Shown here piece by piece: positions 9,279 to 18,572 of a stretch of 32,000 nt of DNA (position 1 is the first letter of the stretch; each line of letters starts with the position of its first letter). Under the pieces are notes generated by a model, which was not told where the DNA came from, searched no databases, and worked only from the letters and a program-made list of their open reading frames with translations. This stretch comes from Thermodesulfobacteriota bacterium (GTDB lineage: Bacteria > Desulfobacterota > WTBG01 > JAGOGO01), in NCBI GenBank assembly GCA_026625185.1, contig CP113000.1, positions 1,095,622 to 1,127,621 of the forward strand, written 5' to 3'. A program made the position numbers and the translations under genes.

Positions 9279-9464
9279 CTTATCTCCCGTGTCTCAATAG
9301 TTATTGCCATTTTTTATACCAAGATAAATAATCGTAGGAAAAATAATCTCAATTCATTTTTAATTATCACAAACCAATTGAAAATACAACAAAAAGAAAA
9401 TAAAAACCAAACCTTAGGAAATCCGGTGATGAGTTCAAAGGATATTTGAAAACCATTCTCTCTG

Positions 9465-9493
9465 TTGACAATCGTGCGATTTTATCCCATACT
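9465..9493 (+). promoter_or_regulatory. candidate sigma-70 promoter for the 9556 lipoprotein gene
   Basis: TTGACA (9465-9470), a 17-nt spacer, then CATACT (9488-9493), about 60 nt upstream of the ATG. Pattern match only. Confidence 0.4.
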
Positions 9494-9555
9494 ACGAAAA
9501 CTAACTCAGTTAAACTTCATCTATAAACCAAAAATCAATTAAGGCACAAATAAAG

Positions 9556-10365
9556 ATGAACCAGCCAAAACTCATAATGTTGTTATTCATTATTTTCTTG
9601 CTTGGGTGCTCCCTCCAATTTAGATCACCCATCGTTGTTAAACAAACCCCCAAGGAAGAAGAGAAGGTACCTCGTCCAAAAAAAATAGTTCCTCCCCCAC
9701 CCCTTACCGCTTCTGAGGCGGCTGAGAAACCCACGGAATCCCCCACCAAAAAAGAACCTGCTCCAACCGAAGAGCCAATGATTCATGAAGAAGTTTCTGG
9801 AGAAACTCCGGAAGTTGTCATAAAATCAGAGACCGTGGAGATAACGGCGCCCAAAGACAAAACTGCAATTTCTTCGGCAAAAAACATCGTCATTCTTGCT
9901 TCCCAGTATCTAAAGAACACAGAGTATAAAGTTTTAGAAAAAATCACCGTGAAAGATGTTTCTCGAGCTGGATTTAATAAACAGGAAGCCAGAGAAGCCC
10001 TCCAGTTTGAGGCGTTCCGCCGTTTTGGCTCTCAAGCTAAAGGCATAACCAATATTATTTACGGAGAGAAAACTGGTTTTATTCCCGGCTCAATAAGAGT
10101 TTCCGAAGTGAGCGGCGAAGTAATTACCTGGGAAGGGAAAACACCTCCCCAAAAGAAAGTCATTGAAAAAGAGACAAAACCCGAGCCTACAATAGAACCC
10201 TCGCCTCCTGTTCCTAACACCAAAACTGACACAAAGGCGTCTGCTCACGATACTGCTCCTTATGTTAAAACAAAAACAGAATCGCCTGCTCCTAACCCTC
10301 AAGCAAAACCAGAACCAACTCCTCCTTCTGCGCCTTCTATTAGCGAGCAGCAATTAGAACAATAA
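9556..10365 (+). CDS. lipoprotein with Pro/Glu/Lys/Thr-rich low-complexity linkers flanking a small globular core
   Basis: Lipobox LLFIIFLLGC. N- and C-terminal PEPT-rich tracts (KPEPTIEPSPPVPNTKTD..., PKKIVPPPPLTASEAAEKPTESPTKKEPAPTEEP). The central region of about 90 aa is non-repetitive. Confidence 0.65.
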   Translation: MNQPKLIMLLFIIFLLGCSLQFRSPIVVKQTPKEEEKVPRPKKIVPPPPLTASEAAEKPTESPTKKEPAPTEEPMIHEEVSGETPEVVIKSETVEITAPKDKTAISSAKNIVILASQYLKNTEYKVLEKITVKDVSRAGFNKQEAREALQFEAFRRFGSQAKGITNIIYGEKTGFIPGSIRVSEVSGEVITWEGKTPPQKKVIEKETKPEPTIEPSPPVPNTKTDTKASAHDTAPYVKTKTESPAPNPQAKPEPTPPSAPSISEQQLEQ

Positions 10366-10383
10366 CGTAACCCAAAACTTCTC

Positions 10384-10412
10384 AAAGCCGACTTTTCCGG
10401 GTCGGCTTTTTA
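10384..10412 (+). terminator. rho-independent terminator after the 9556 gene
   Basis: aaagccgac (10384-10392) pairs with gtcggcttt (10401-10409). The stem is followed by and includes a T-run (tttt). Confidence 0.75.
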
Positions 10413-10473
10413 AGCCCATTAAAAGTTTTCACTCATCATAACAAAACCTTCAAGGCTCTAAGGAAGCAATACG

Positions 10474-11754
10474 GTGAGTAATAAATCAGAACTTCTTTTG
10501 GAAAAAGCAAAAAAATATATCCCCGGAGGAGTTAATAGCCCGGTCAGGGCTTTTAAGGCCGTGGGAGGAATCCCCCCTTTTATTACTTCAGCTTTAGGGT
10601 CAAAAATTTATGATGTTGATGGAAAAGAATACATTGACTATGTGGGCTCCTGGGGTCCTATGATTGTTGGTCATCGACATCCTCAGGTAATAGAAGCTTT
10701 GCAAAAAGCGTTAACAAAAGGATTAAGCTATGGCGCGCCTACTGAGGCAGAGATCGAGCTTGCCCGGATGATTGTTGAGGCGGTTCCTTCGATCGAAATG
10801 GTTCGCATGGTAAACTCCGGTACTGAGGCGACAATGAGCGCTGTTCGACTTGCTCGCGGCTACACCGGGCGGGATAAAATAATTAAGTTTAGCGGATGTT
10901 ATCATGGCCATGGAGATTTTCTTTTAGTAAAAGCCGGATCAGGGGCAACCACGCTTGGCATCCCTGATAGCAAGGGCGTGCCTGATGATTTTGCCCGCAA
11001 CACCATCACCCTTCCTTTTAATAACCTCGATGCAGTTAAAAGGGCAGTAAAGTCTGAAGCGCTTAAAATCGCCGCGATTATTTTAGAGCCAGTCCCCGGC
11101 AATATGGGAGTAATTCTTCCTCAGGAGGAATTTTTATGCGGACTTCAAGAGCTTTGCCATGAAACAGGCATCGTGCTTATTTTTGATGAGGTGATGAGTG
11201 GATTTCGAGTCGCATGGGGAGGAGCCCAGTCGTTATACGGAGTCATTCCTGATATGACCTGTCTGGGAAAGGTTATCGGGGGAGGTATGCCGGTAGGAGC
11301 TTTTGGAGGAAAAAAGGAAATCATGGAAAACCTCGCTCCCTTAGGTCCGGTCTATCAGGCAGGAACCTTATCCGGAAATCCCTTGGCAGTTACCGCAGGA
11401 CTGGAAACCCTAAAAATTCTTGCCCAACCCGGAACCTATGCGACCCTGGAAAAAAGCTCAGAGTACCTTGTGAAAGAGGCTAAAAAACTCGCTCAAAAAA
11501 CCAGCGTGAAAACGCATATCAACCGGGTTGGTTCTTTGTTTACCCTGTTTTTTGCCTCTCAGGAAGTGATTGATTATGATACCGCGCTAAAAAGCGATAC
11601 TGTTGCATTCAGTCGCTATTTCCATTTAATGTTAAAAGGGGAAATCTATCTTGCCCCTTCTCAGTTTGAAGCAAACTTTATCTCTTTAGCCCACTCTCAA
11701 GAGGACCTCGATAAAACCCTTGAGGTCATGGCCAAGGCCTTCAAGGAACTTTAA
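10474..11754 (+). CDS. hemL: glutamate-1-semialdehyde 2,1-aminomutase
   Basis: GTG start. N-terminal [18 protein letters not shown]-lysine region [19 protein letters not shown] and a 426-aa length all match HemL. Confidence 0.95.
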   Translation: MSNKSELLLEKAKKYIPGGVNSPVRAFKAVGGIPPFITSALGSKIYDVDGKEYIDYVGSWGPMIVGHRHPQVIEALQKALTKGLSYGAPTEAEIELARMIVEAVPSIEMVRMVNSGTEATMSAVRLARGYTGRDKIIKFSGCYHGHGDFLLVKAGSGATTLGIPDSKGVPDDFARNTITLPFNNLDAVKRAVKSEALKIAAIILEPVPGNMGVILPQEEFLCGLQELCHETGIVLIFDEVMSGFRVAWGGAQSLYGVIPDMTCLGKVIGGGMPVGAFGGKKEIMENLAPLGPVYQAGTLSGNPLAVTAGLETLKILAQPGTYATLEKSSEYLVKEAKKLAQKTSVKTHINRVGSLFTLFFASQEVIDYDTALKSDTVAFSRYFHLMLKGEIYLAPSQFEANFISLAHSQEDLDKTLEVMAKAFKEL

Positions 11755-11757
11755 CTT

Positions 11758-12177
11758 TTATTTTTTTCGAAAAGCAATACAGCGCACCTCTCCCTCTTGG
11801 TCTAACGTGGATATTGTATAACGGCCATTTTTATCCGGTGGTTTGTCCCAAAAAATCGACCGGGTATAGTCCTGGGCTTGGTGCAGCAATTCAAGGACAT
11901 GGGAGCACCCTCGCTCTCCTCCGAGCGTCTTTAACAACCTCCGCCGGAACTGAGGATGCTGCAGGGAAAGACCCATGAGCTTTTCCACGTTTTTTATGCA
12001 GTCTAAGCAACGATCTTCCGGATGACGCGGCATTTCGAGCTCTATCCTGACAATGGAATACTGAGAATCTTCCACCCAGATCCGGAGAATAATGTGGTGG
12101 TATTCATCCTCCATCTCAGCGGTTATCCTTTTTAATGTATCCTCATCGGTTTCAGCTAAAAATTTTTGTGTTCTCAT
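11758..12177 (-). CDS. hypothetical protein, possibly DUF2889-like
   Basis: 139-aa ORF with Cys/His positions (CLDC, GCSHVLELL) reminiscent of DUF2889. The family assignment is from memory only. It converges on hemL with only 3 nt between the stop codons. Confidence 0.55.
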   Translation of the reverse strand: MRTQKFLAETDEDTLKRITAEMEDEYHHIILRIWVEDSQYSIVRIELEMPRHPEDRCLDCIKNVEKLMGLSLQHPQFRRRLLKTLGGERGCSHVLELLHQAQDYTRSIFWDKPPDKNGRYTISTLDQEGEVRCIAFRKK

Positions 12178-12254
12178 TTACCATCCGTAATAAAAAGTTT
12201 AATCTCAAAGTCCCCGCCTCCTCGCATAGGCGATTTGCTTGACCAGCAATAGAA

Positions 12255-12284
12255 ATTATGACCAAAAATTCACATGTTTTGCAA
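12255..12284 (-). promoter_or_regulatory. candidate sigma-70 promoter for the 11758..12177 gene
   Basis: On the minus strand: TTGCAA (12284-12279), an 18-nt spacer, then CATAAT (12260-12255), about 75 nt upstream of the ATG. Confidence 0.4.
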
Positions 12285-12889
12285 GAAAATAAAAAAGAGG
12301 GAGGGTCTTCTCCAAAATGAGTGGGTAAAAAAAGTATTTCTTTGGAGAAAACCACTTGCAATTAAAGGCAAAAAAGCTTGGGAACGGTGATATTTTTATG
12401 CCATTTTTTAGGCATGAAAAAACACTCTTTATCAGATGTAATGCGTTTTAGTGAATGTTGTTGGAAATGACACCTTTTTAAGTTTACTAAGCTCTGTTTA
12501 CCGTGGATTGATTCCCCTCTAGGGGGAATTAAGAAAACCCCTGAAATCTACCCACTCGACAAGGAGAAGAACCAAAAAAAATTATTACTGGGAAAATTTT
12601 AAAAAAGCGAACTTTCCTCTAGCTTTTAAGTAGGATTTTCAGACGGCAATCAAACAAAAAAATGGCTATTCAGGGATTGACTTAAGAATACGAGATTCAT
12701 TTGTTGTGCTATTTGCCATGAATGGTTTAAACGCTCGATAAATTTTCAATGGTGGATTTCGCAAGGACAATAGAATTTGACGCTGCATTGACTTTTGAAA
12801 CAGATTGGGCTTTAGTCCGAGGAGCGGGCTGCGAATCTTCAATTGCGGACAGTGAATGATAGGCTGGGGAAAAGCGTTTGTCGAGAATG

Positions 12890-14509
12890 CTAAATGAAGT
12901 TAGCTTGATCGAGAAGCAGCTCACTTTCCATCAAACATACTTTCTCCTGACCAAGTTTTTTCGCGATCTCAGCAATCAAAGAGGCTATGGTGAAGCGTTT
13001 GGGAATTATGGCGGGACTTAAGCCCGACAAGACCGCTTCTTTAGCAGTAAGGGGGCCAACGGTTGCAACTTTCAACGTGCTTAGGATCTTCTCCCAAAGC
13101 CTTCCTTGCGTTAAGGCGCGAAAATTTCTTACCGAGGCAGGAGAGGTAAAAATTATAAGATCAATTCCGGGAGAAACCAGAGCCTTCCTAAGCTCTTGTG
13201 CGTTGATTTTTTCATCGGTGATTTTGTAAGCATCAACCGTGACCACTTTATTCCCCATCTCCTGAAAAAATTCAGCCAGCTCCCCTCTCGATTCTTTACA
13301 GCCTGGGATCAGTATCTTCTTTCCTTTTAACCCCTTCGCTTTGATCATCGCAAAAAAATCTTTCATCCCCGCATGAGGTGAGGGAAGGTCAACCTTAAGC
13401 ATCCGTTTGACAAACTCATTAATAGTATTTTCTCCGATCGCGCCCAAGACAATATTAGAAAGTTCCCGGATGTCCTTATCTCTTTCGGCAAACCGATGAA
13501 AAAAACACTTTACACTGTTTATGCTGGGGAAAATTATGCAGTGATAATCATGAAGATGATCGAGGGCTGAATCCAAATCTTCCCAGGAATCAGGATAAGT
13601 AACCCGGATAGTAGGGAGCATGATAGGAACCGCTCCCAACTCTTCTAAGTTTTTTGCCAGCTCAAAAGCTTGTTGCTTCGATCCGGTCACTAGGATGCGA
13701 AGTCCAAAAAGGGGTTTGTTCTCAAACCATTTTATCTTCTCCCGAAGCGTAACCACCTTGCCGATAACTGCCAAAACCGGAGTTATTATCTTCCTCTTTT
13801 TCGCTTCCTTCGCTATCCGTTTAAGGGGGGCAGTCAAAACCTCTTGATCTCCTAAGGATCCTCGGCTAATCAAGGCAACAGGGGTGTCCGGCGACCACCT
13901 CCCCTGGATAAGCTTTTCGGAAATATAGGGTAGATTAGCCAACCCCATATAAATAACAAGAGTTCCTGCATCTGAAGGAATGTTCTCCCACTTGATTCGG
14001 GAATCTGGGTGCCCCGTAAAAAAAGTGACCTGGGATGCAAAGTCCCGATGGGTGAGCGGGATTCCACTATACGCCGAAACCCCAACCGCCGAAGTAACCC
14101 CAGGAACTACATCAAAAGGGATGCCTTGTTCGGCTAATTTTTGGGCCTCTTCTCCTCCCCGGCCAAAAATAAAAGGATCACCGCCTTTAAGTCGAACAAC
14201 GGTCTTTCCTTGAAGAGCGTGTTCGATTAAAGCAGTGGTGATCGTTTCTTGGGGAACATGTACCCCCCAGCCCTTCTTCCCCATATTGACTATCTCAGCA
14301 TCCTCTCGAGCCCAACCAAAAATTATCGGATTAACCAAAGAGTCATGAACAATAACATCCGCCCGAGCGATGCATTCCTTGGCCCGAAGTGTAACCAAAC
14401 CAATATCCCCCGGCCCAGCACCCACCAAAAAAACCTTTCCCTTTTTCTTTTGGGCACGAGGGGGGAGATTGATTTGAGAGCTTTTATCTTTGCGACGGAG
14501 CTTTGTCAT
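12890..14509 (-). CDS. cobA: fused uroporphyrinogen-III C-methyltransferase / uroporphyrinogen-III synthase (CobA/HemD)
   Basis: The N-terminal SUMT domain has VFLVGAGPGDIGLVTLRA and GGDPFIFGRGGEE. The C-terminal half of about 250 aa has HemD-like organisation (LRILVTGSKQQAFELAKNLEELGAVPIMLPTI...). Such fusions are described in Desulfovibrio. Confidence 0.9.
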   Translation of the reverse strand: MTKLRRKDKSSQINLPPRAQKKKGKVFLVGAGPGDIGLVTLRAKECIARADVIVHDSLVNPIIFGWAREDAEIVNMGKKGWGVHVPQETITTALIEHALQGKTVVRLKGGDPFIFGRGGEEAQKLAEQGIPFDVVPGVTSAVGVSAYSGIPLTHRDFASQVTFFTGHPDSRIKWENIPSDAGTLVIYMGLANLPYISEKLIQGRWSPDTPVALISRGSLGDQEVLTAPLKRIAKEAKKRKIITPVLAVIGKVVTLREKIKWFENKPLFGLRILVTGSKQQAFELAKNLEELGAVPIMLPTIRVTYPDSWEDLDSALDHLHDYHCIIFPSINSVKCFFHRFAERDKDIRELSNIVLGAIGENTINEFVKRMLKVDLPSPHAGMKDFFAMIKAKGLKGKKILIPGCKESRGELAEFFQEMGNKVVTVDAYKITDEKINAQELRKALVSPGIDLIIFTSPASVRNFRALTQGRLWEKILSTLKVATVGPLTAKEAVLSGLSPAIIPKRFTIASLIAEIAKKLGQEKVCLMESELLLDQANFI

Positions 14510-14530
14510 GGTTAAGAAGGAACTTAAAAT

Positions 14531-14716
14531 TTAAGTTTCTTCAACGGTAATAGCACCCTGGGGACATTCTTCTACACAACTCTCACAGCCAACGCAATCA
14601 TCCATATTTTCAGGATAGGACTTGCCGTCTTTTACGACAAAAACATCACTGGGGCAAATATCCGCACATGCGCCATCCCCATCGCATTTATCAAGATCAA
14701 CAGTAACCTGAAACAT
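14531..14716 (-). CDS. small ferredoxin with seven Cys (3Fe/4Fe-4S type)
   Basis: 61 aa. Contains [12 protein letters not shown] and [12 protein letters not shown] cluster motifs. An SD aaaggag lies upstream. Confidence 0.9.
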   Translation of the reverse strand: MFQVTVDLDKCDGDGACADICPSDVFVVKDGKSYPENMDDCVGCESCVEECPQGAITVEET

Positions 14717-14757
14717 GATTATACTCCTTTCTAAAATTCTCTATATCAAGCCGAGCA

Positions 14758-15084
14758 CTAAACACAGCCGGTAGGCTTGGGAAGTCCTGCAACTTTACAA
14801 GCACCTTTAGCGGGGCCTGAGGGAAACATTTCATAGATTTCTTTCAACTTTAAATCGCAGTCCTTGCAGAGCTTTCTTACCATCGGCGCAATTCCAAACT
14901 TCTGATAATACTCTCGAATATAGTTTACCAGTTTCCAGTGTTTTTCCCCCATATCCTGGACGCCTTCAGTCTTTGCTAAATCTATAGCAACATTTTGATC
15001 CCAAAGATCAGGTTCCTGGATAAAACCATCCTCATCAACTTCCACTTCTTTCCCTCCTAACATAACCTTTGCCATTTTTTTCAC
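14758..15084 (-). CDS. dsrC: dissimilatory sulfite reductase subunit DsrC (TusE/DsrC/DsvC family)
   Basis: GIAPMVRKL...FPSGPAKGACKVAGLPKPTGCV. The C-terminal arm carries both conserved cysteines (penultimate Cys and the Cys 11 residues before it), which is diagnostic of true DsrC rather than TusE. A strong SD aaggaggtga lies upstream. Confidence 0.95.
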   Translation of the reverse strand: MKKMAKVMLGGKEVEVDEDGFIQEPDLWDQNVAIDLAKTEGVQDMGEKHWKLVNYIREYYQKFGIAPMVRKLCKDCDLKLKEIYEMFPSGPAKGACKVAGLPKPTGCV

Positions 15085-15174
15085 CTCCTTAAATAAAAAG
15101 GGTTAAAAATTGTTTTGGGCTGTTAAAGCCTTACATAAAACACAATAAAAATTACCGTAATAAACGGTTTGTGT

Positions 15175-16563
15175 CTAATTGTTTTTATAGGATTCAGCTT
15201 TTCTTATCAGGGCGCTCGCCCACCTTCTTTCTCCCAGGGCATGAATATGCGTATACGTTGAGAGAACATTTTTATAGCAAAGACCATCTCGTTTTCCGTT
15301 AAAACCAAAGCCCCGTTTAACTTTAAAAGCCAAACATATTTGGTCTTCCTTCCACTTCTCTACCTTTGAATAGTGAAACTCATGGCCCCGGATAACACTA
15401 CCGGATTCAAAAAATGGGTTAGGGGCATCAGATTTAAGAATTGTATACCCATGTCCCCATGGTTTTTTATCAAGATTAAAAACAACCGGAAAAATGTCGG
15501 CCATGGGAAAAAATTTGTTTTGCACGTGCACGCTTTTCCCGAGATACATTGCTCCGCCACATTCAGCGTAGACGGGCAAACCATCTTCAACCGCCTGTTT
15601 TAATGAACGGCGAAAGTATCTATTCGCCGCTAATCCTTCAATATTCGTTTCAGGAAATCCACCCCCAATATAAAGACCATCCACCGAAGGAAGTGCTTTG
15701 TCTTGGAGCGCATTTATCTCAACAATTTCCCCCCCCCTTCTTTCCAGCTCCTCCAGGTTCTCCGGATAGTAGAATTGGAAAGCTGAATCCTTAATAATTC
15801 CTATCCGAACTAAAGAGGTAGGCTTTTTTTTGCAAGCCCCTTCGTTGTAACTAGAAATTTTTAGATGAGGTGCTTTTGATGCTACCCCCCATAAACAATC
15901 AAGGTCAAGATATTTTTCTCCAATTTCGGCGCAAAATTTAAGGGCCGCTTCTCTTTTATGATGTTCTGGAGGTGGAACTAAGCCCAGATGCCTTTCCGGG
16001 AAAGGGAGATCTTTTAATTTTGGTATCTCCCCTAATACCGGAATCCGGCACTCCTGTTCAATCGAAGAACGAATAATGCTTGCGTGCCGATTCCCTGCAA
16101 TTTGGTTAAGGATTAGCCCCTTAATTTTCAACTGAGGATCCATTTTTTGGCACCCCAGCACCAAGGCTGCTATTGTTCGAGTCGCCTTTGTACAATCAAT
16201 TACTAAAATCAAAGGTGTCTTTAGTAGCTTAGCAAGACTGGCAGTACTATGACTTCCTTTTTCATCCACTCCATCAAAAAGCCCCCGGTTTCCCTCGATT
16301 ACCGCACCAGTTTCTCCGCGAGTGCGCTGGATAAAAGATTGTACTACTGTTTTTTCGGCCATTAGAAACGTATCAAGGTTATAACAGGGTTGCCCTGTGG
16401 CCTCCTTTAACCAAGCTGAATCAATAAAGTCAGGCCCTTTTTTAAAGGCAGTAAGGGAAAAACCCTTTTTTCGCCAACCACAAATAACTGCTATGCTCGC
16501 AATTGTTTTGCCTGAGCCTCCTCGAAAAGCGCCAATAACAATCCTTGGGATATTTAAGTGCAT
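15175..16563 (-). CDS. dsrN: cobyrinic acid a,c-diamide synthase family amidotransferase, likely DsrN (siroheme amidase)
   Basis: The CbiA-type N-terminal P-loop (GAFRGGSGKT) and a C-terminal glutamine amidotransferase domain (YAECGGAMYLG, HEFHYS) are seen directly. The DsrN call is inferred from its position immediately upstream of dsrC and next to siroheme genes. Confidence 0.75.
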   Translation of the reverse strand: MHLNIPRIVIGAFRGGSGKTIASIAVICGWRKKGFSLTAFKKGPDFIDSAWLKEATGQPCYNLDTFLMAEKTVVQSFIQRTRGETGAVIEGNRGLFDGVDEKGSHSTASLAKLLKTPLILVIDCTKATRTIAALVLGCQKMDPQLKIKGLILNQIAGNRHASIIRSSIEQECRIPVLGEIPKLKDLPFPERHLGLVPPPEHHKREAALKFCAEIGEKYLDLDCLWGVASKAPHLKISSYNEGACKKKPTSLVRIGIIKDSAFQFYYPENLEELERRGGEIVEINALQDKALPSVDGLYIGGGFPETNIEGLAANRYFRRSLKQAVEDGLPVYAECGGAMYLGKSVHVQNKFFPMADIFPVVFNLDKKPWGHGYTILKSDAPNPFFESGSVIRGHEFHYSKVEKWKEDQICLAFKVKRGFGFNGKRDGLCYKNVLSTYTHIHALGERRWASALIRKAESYKNN

Positions 16564-16638
16564 TTTCCCTGATAGGATGGAATCAAAAAAGCCAAGTAGG
16601 CCAAAAAATTAACTTTATTTAAAAAAGAAAGTCTTTTT

Positions 16639-16666
16639 ATATTAATGATGTAAATTTTTATGTCAA
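16639..16666 (-). promoter_or_regulatory. candidate sigma-70 promoter for the dsrN-dsrC-fdx-cobA/hemD transcription unit
   Basis: On the minus strand: TTGACA (16666-16661), a 16-nt spacer, then TAATAT (16644-16639), about 75 nt upstream of the dsrN ATG. Confidence 0.4.
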
Positions 16667-16822
16667 GAAAAAATGTGGGTAAAATTTTTTTACACCAAAA
16701 GCGCATTTCTTATTCCTCTCCACTCGGTTTTTTTTATAATTTTATGGGTAAATTAATTCTTTCAGAACTAAATTTTATAATTCTGGTCTATATTAATAAC
16801 TAATCCTATCTCCTCCTTTCTT

Positions 16823-16845
16823 GGGCCGGGCCCTCTTCCCGGCCT
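16823..16845. other. GC-rich hairpin just downstream of the mnmA stop; possible terminator
   Basis: ggccggg (16824-16830) pairs with cccggcc (16838-16844). The T-run (tttttatttt) follows on the plus strand, not on the mnmA strand, so the orientation is ambiguous. Confidence 0.35.
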
Positions 16846-16854
16846 TTTTATTTT

Positions 16855-17898
16855 CTATTCTATCCACCCACCCCCCACTACCGTATCTTCATCATAAAAA
16901 ACCGCAGCTTGACCAGGCGTTACGGCCATTTGGGGTTTAAAAAACTCCACCCCAACCCTTCCTTCAGATAGGGGAATTATTCGCGCTGGGCTTTCCTGGT
17001 GCTGATTTCTGATCCGAACCTTAACCTCCATGGGTATATCCAGTGATTTTATTGAAACCCAATTTGTCTGGGACACGATCAGTTCTTTGCGAAAAGTCTC
17101 TTCCTTCCTTCCTACTACAGCGGCATTAGTTGCTTTATCCAGAGAAATTACATAAAGCGGAAATCCCTTTGCAATCTTTAGCCCCTTTCTTTGTCCCACT
17201 GTTAAAGAAAAAATTCCCTGATGTTCTCCCAAAATTTTTCCTTCGGTTGAAACAATTGGCCCTTTTTCATTTAAACGTGGGAAACGGCCCTTGATAAAAT
17301 TTTTATAATTATTACCAGGGATAAAACAAACTTCCTGGCTCTCCGGTTTATCAAATACCTGAAGGCCAATTTCTTTTGCCTTTTCCTTAACTTCGGTTTT
17401 AGTCATTTTCCCCAGAGGAAAAACCACTGGCGTCAATTGAGATTGTCTCAACGCAAAGAGGAAGTAAGACTGATCCTTTTTCGCGTCTTTGCCTTTTTTT
17501 AAGAAAAAACGCCCCGTTGCATCATCGTAAACCACCTTTGCATAATGTCCGGTAGCCAAATAATCTGCCCCTAATGCCCGCGCGCGAGTTAAAAGAAAAC
17601 CAAATTTAATTTTTTTATTACACACAATGCAAGGGTTAGGGGTTCGTCCTGAAAGGTATTCTTTGCAAAAAAAATCTACTATTTCATGTTCAAATTCCTT
17701 TGTGAGATCTAATACAAAATGGGGGATGTCCAATTTTTTGGCCACGTCTTGAGCAAAATTGATTCCTTCAGAAAAAACCTGATCCGTTAAAATTAGGGTT
17801 GCGCCAACAACTTCGAACCCCTCAGTTTTAAGCAAGGCTGCCGCTACACTGCTATCCACCCCTCCACTCATAGCAACCAAGACTTTTTTCTTTCTCAT
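16855..17898 (-). CDS. mnmA: tRNA 2-thiouridine(34) synthase
   Basis: PP-loop VLVAMSGGVDSSVAA, catalytic Cys context NPCIVCNKKIKF and a 347-aa length. Confidence 0.93.
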   Translation of the reverse strand: MRKKKVLVAMSGGVDSSVAAALLKTEGFEVVGATLILTDQVFSEGINFAQDVAKKLDIPHFVLDLTKEFEHEIVDFFCKEYLSGRTPNPCIVCNKKIKFGFLLTRARALGADYLATGHYAKVVYDDATGRFFLKKGKDAKKDQSYFLFALRQSQLTPVVFPLGKMTKTEVKEKAKEIGLQVFDKPESQEVCFIPGNNYKNFIKGRFPRLNEKGPIVSTEGKILGEHQGIFSLTVGQRKGLKIAKGFPLYVISLDKATNAAVVGRKEETFRKELIVSQTNWVSIKSLDIPMEVKVRIRNQHQESPARIIPLSEGRVGVEFFKPQMAVTPGQAAVFYDEDTVVGGGWIE

Positions 17899-17906
17899 TT
17901 TTACCT

Positions 17907-18188
17907 TTATTGACTAATGAGAAAACGAGGGGTTTGGATATATTCACCCTTGCATCGGGGGCACCTCGAAGGCGGAGCAAGGCGGTCTCTCTTTGTAAAT
18001 ATAAATCCGCACTGTTTACAAGAAGATGGTTCTATCAGAAATTTTTTTGGTTTAATCGAAAGTTTTATATGCTCCAGGTGATAAAAAATGTCTTTCTCTT
18101 TTATGCCCAATTTTACCGATAACTCAAGGGTTGACAATGCTTCTTGGCTTAACATTTCTATAATTCTTTGCCGGATGGTTTTGGCCAT
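17907..18188 (-). CDS. small transcriptional regulator, wHTH fused to a Zn-ribbon (COG3357-like)
   Basis: N-terminal ArsR-like HTH (IRQRIIEMLSQEALSTLELSVKLGI) and C-terminal CKQCGF...CPRCKG. The stop lies 8 nt upstream of mnmA. A candidate promoter is TTGAAT-17-TAAACT at 18290-18262 on the minus strand. Confidence 0.7.
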   Translation of the reverse strand: MAKTIRQRIIEMLSQEALSTLELSVKLGIKEKDIFYHLEHIKLSIKPKKFLIEPSSCKQCGFIFTKRDRLAPPSRCPRCKGEYIQTPRFLISQ

Positions 18189-18572
18189 GTTTTTTGAAAA
18201 ACAAATTTTCCGGGAATTAGGGCCGGATCAATCCGTAAAAAGATAAAAGTCTCCGTTTTTTAGTTTAACCTTAAAGTTTTCACAATTCAAACCATTTCAC
18301 TCAACTGACTTTTTTTACCGGCGCTCTGAAATTTTCTTTATCATAATTCTGTTCTTTTAAATGTCCTGTGGGCTTCATCGTCTCTAATTTCAAAATACCA
18401 TTCGTCAGATATAACGTCAAAAATTCTGGGAATGTTACCCAAATAGCAATTAAAGCTATTGGGTCATACTGAACTCGTTTCAGCATCTAATAAAATCAAC
18501 ATATTCCGAGCCTCTGAATCAAGTTCAGGGTGACACAAAACGATTTGGGCAATAGCCCCTTCTCAGTAATTT

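Noticed and set aside
12727-12924. 65-aa minus-strand ORF overlapping the 3' end of cobA/hemD
   Set aside because: It is in a different frame over the cobA/hemD stop, low-complexity and Ser-rich, and has no SD.
18301-18486. 61-aa minus-strand ORF (MLKRVQYDPIALIAIW...NGILKLETMKP...)
   Set aside because: It has no SD and only a vague resemblance to an Hsp20 C-terminal strand (NG.L.L). It could be a gene remnant, but the evidence is too weak to call.
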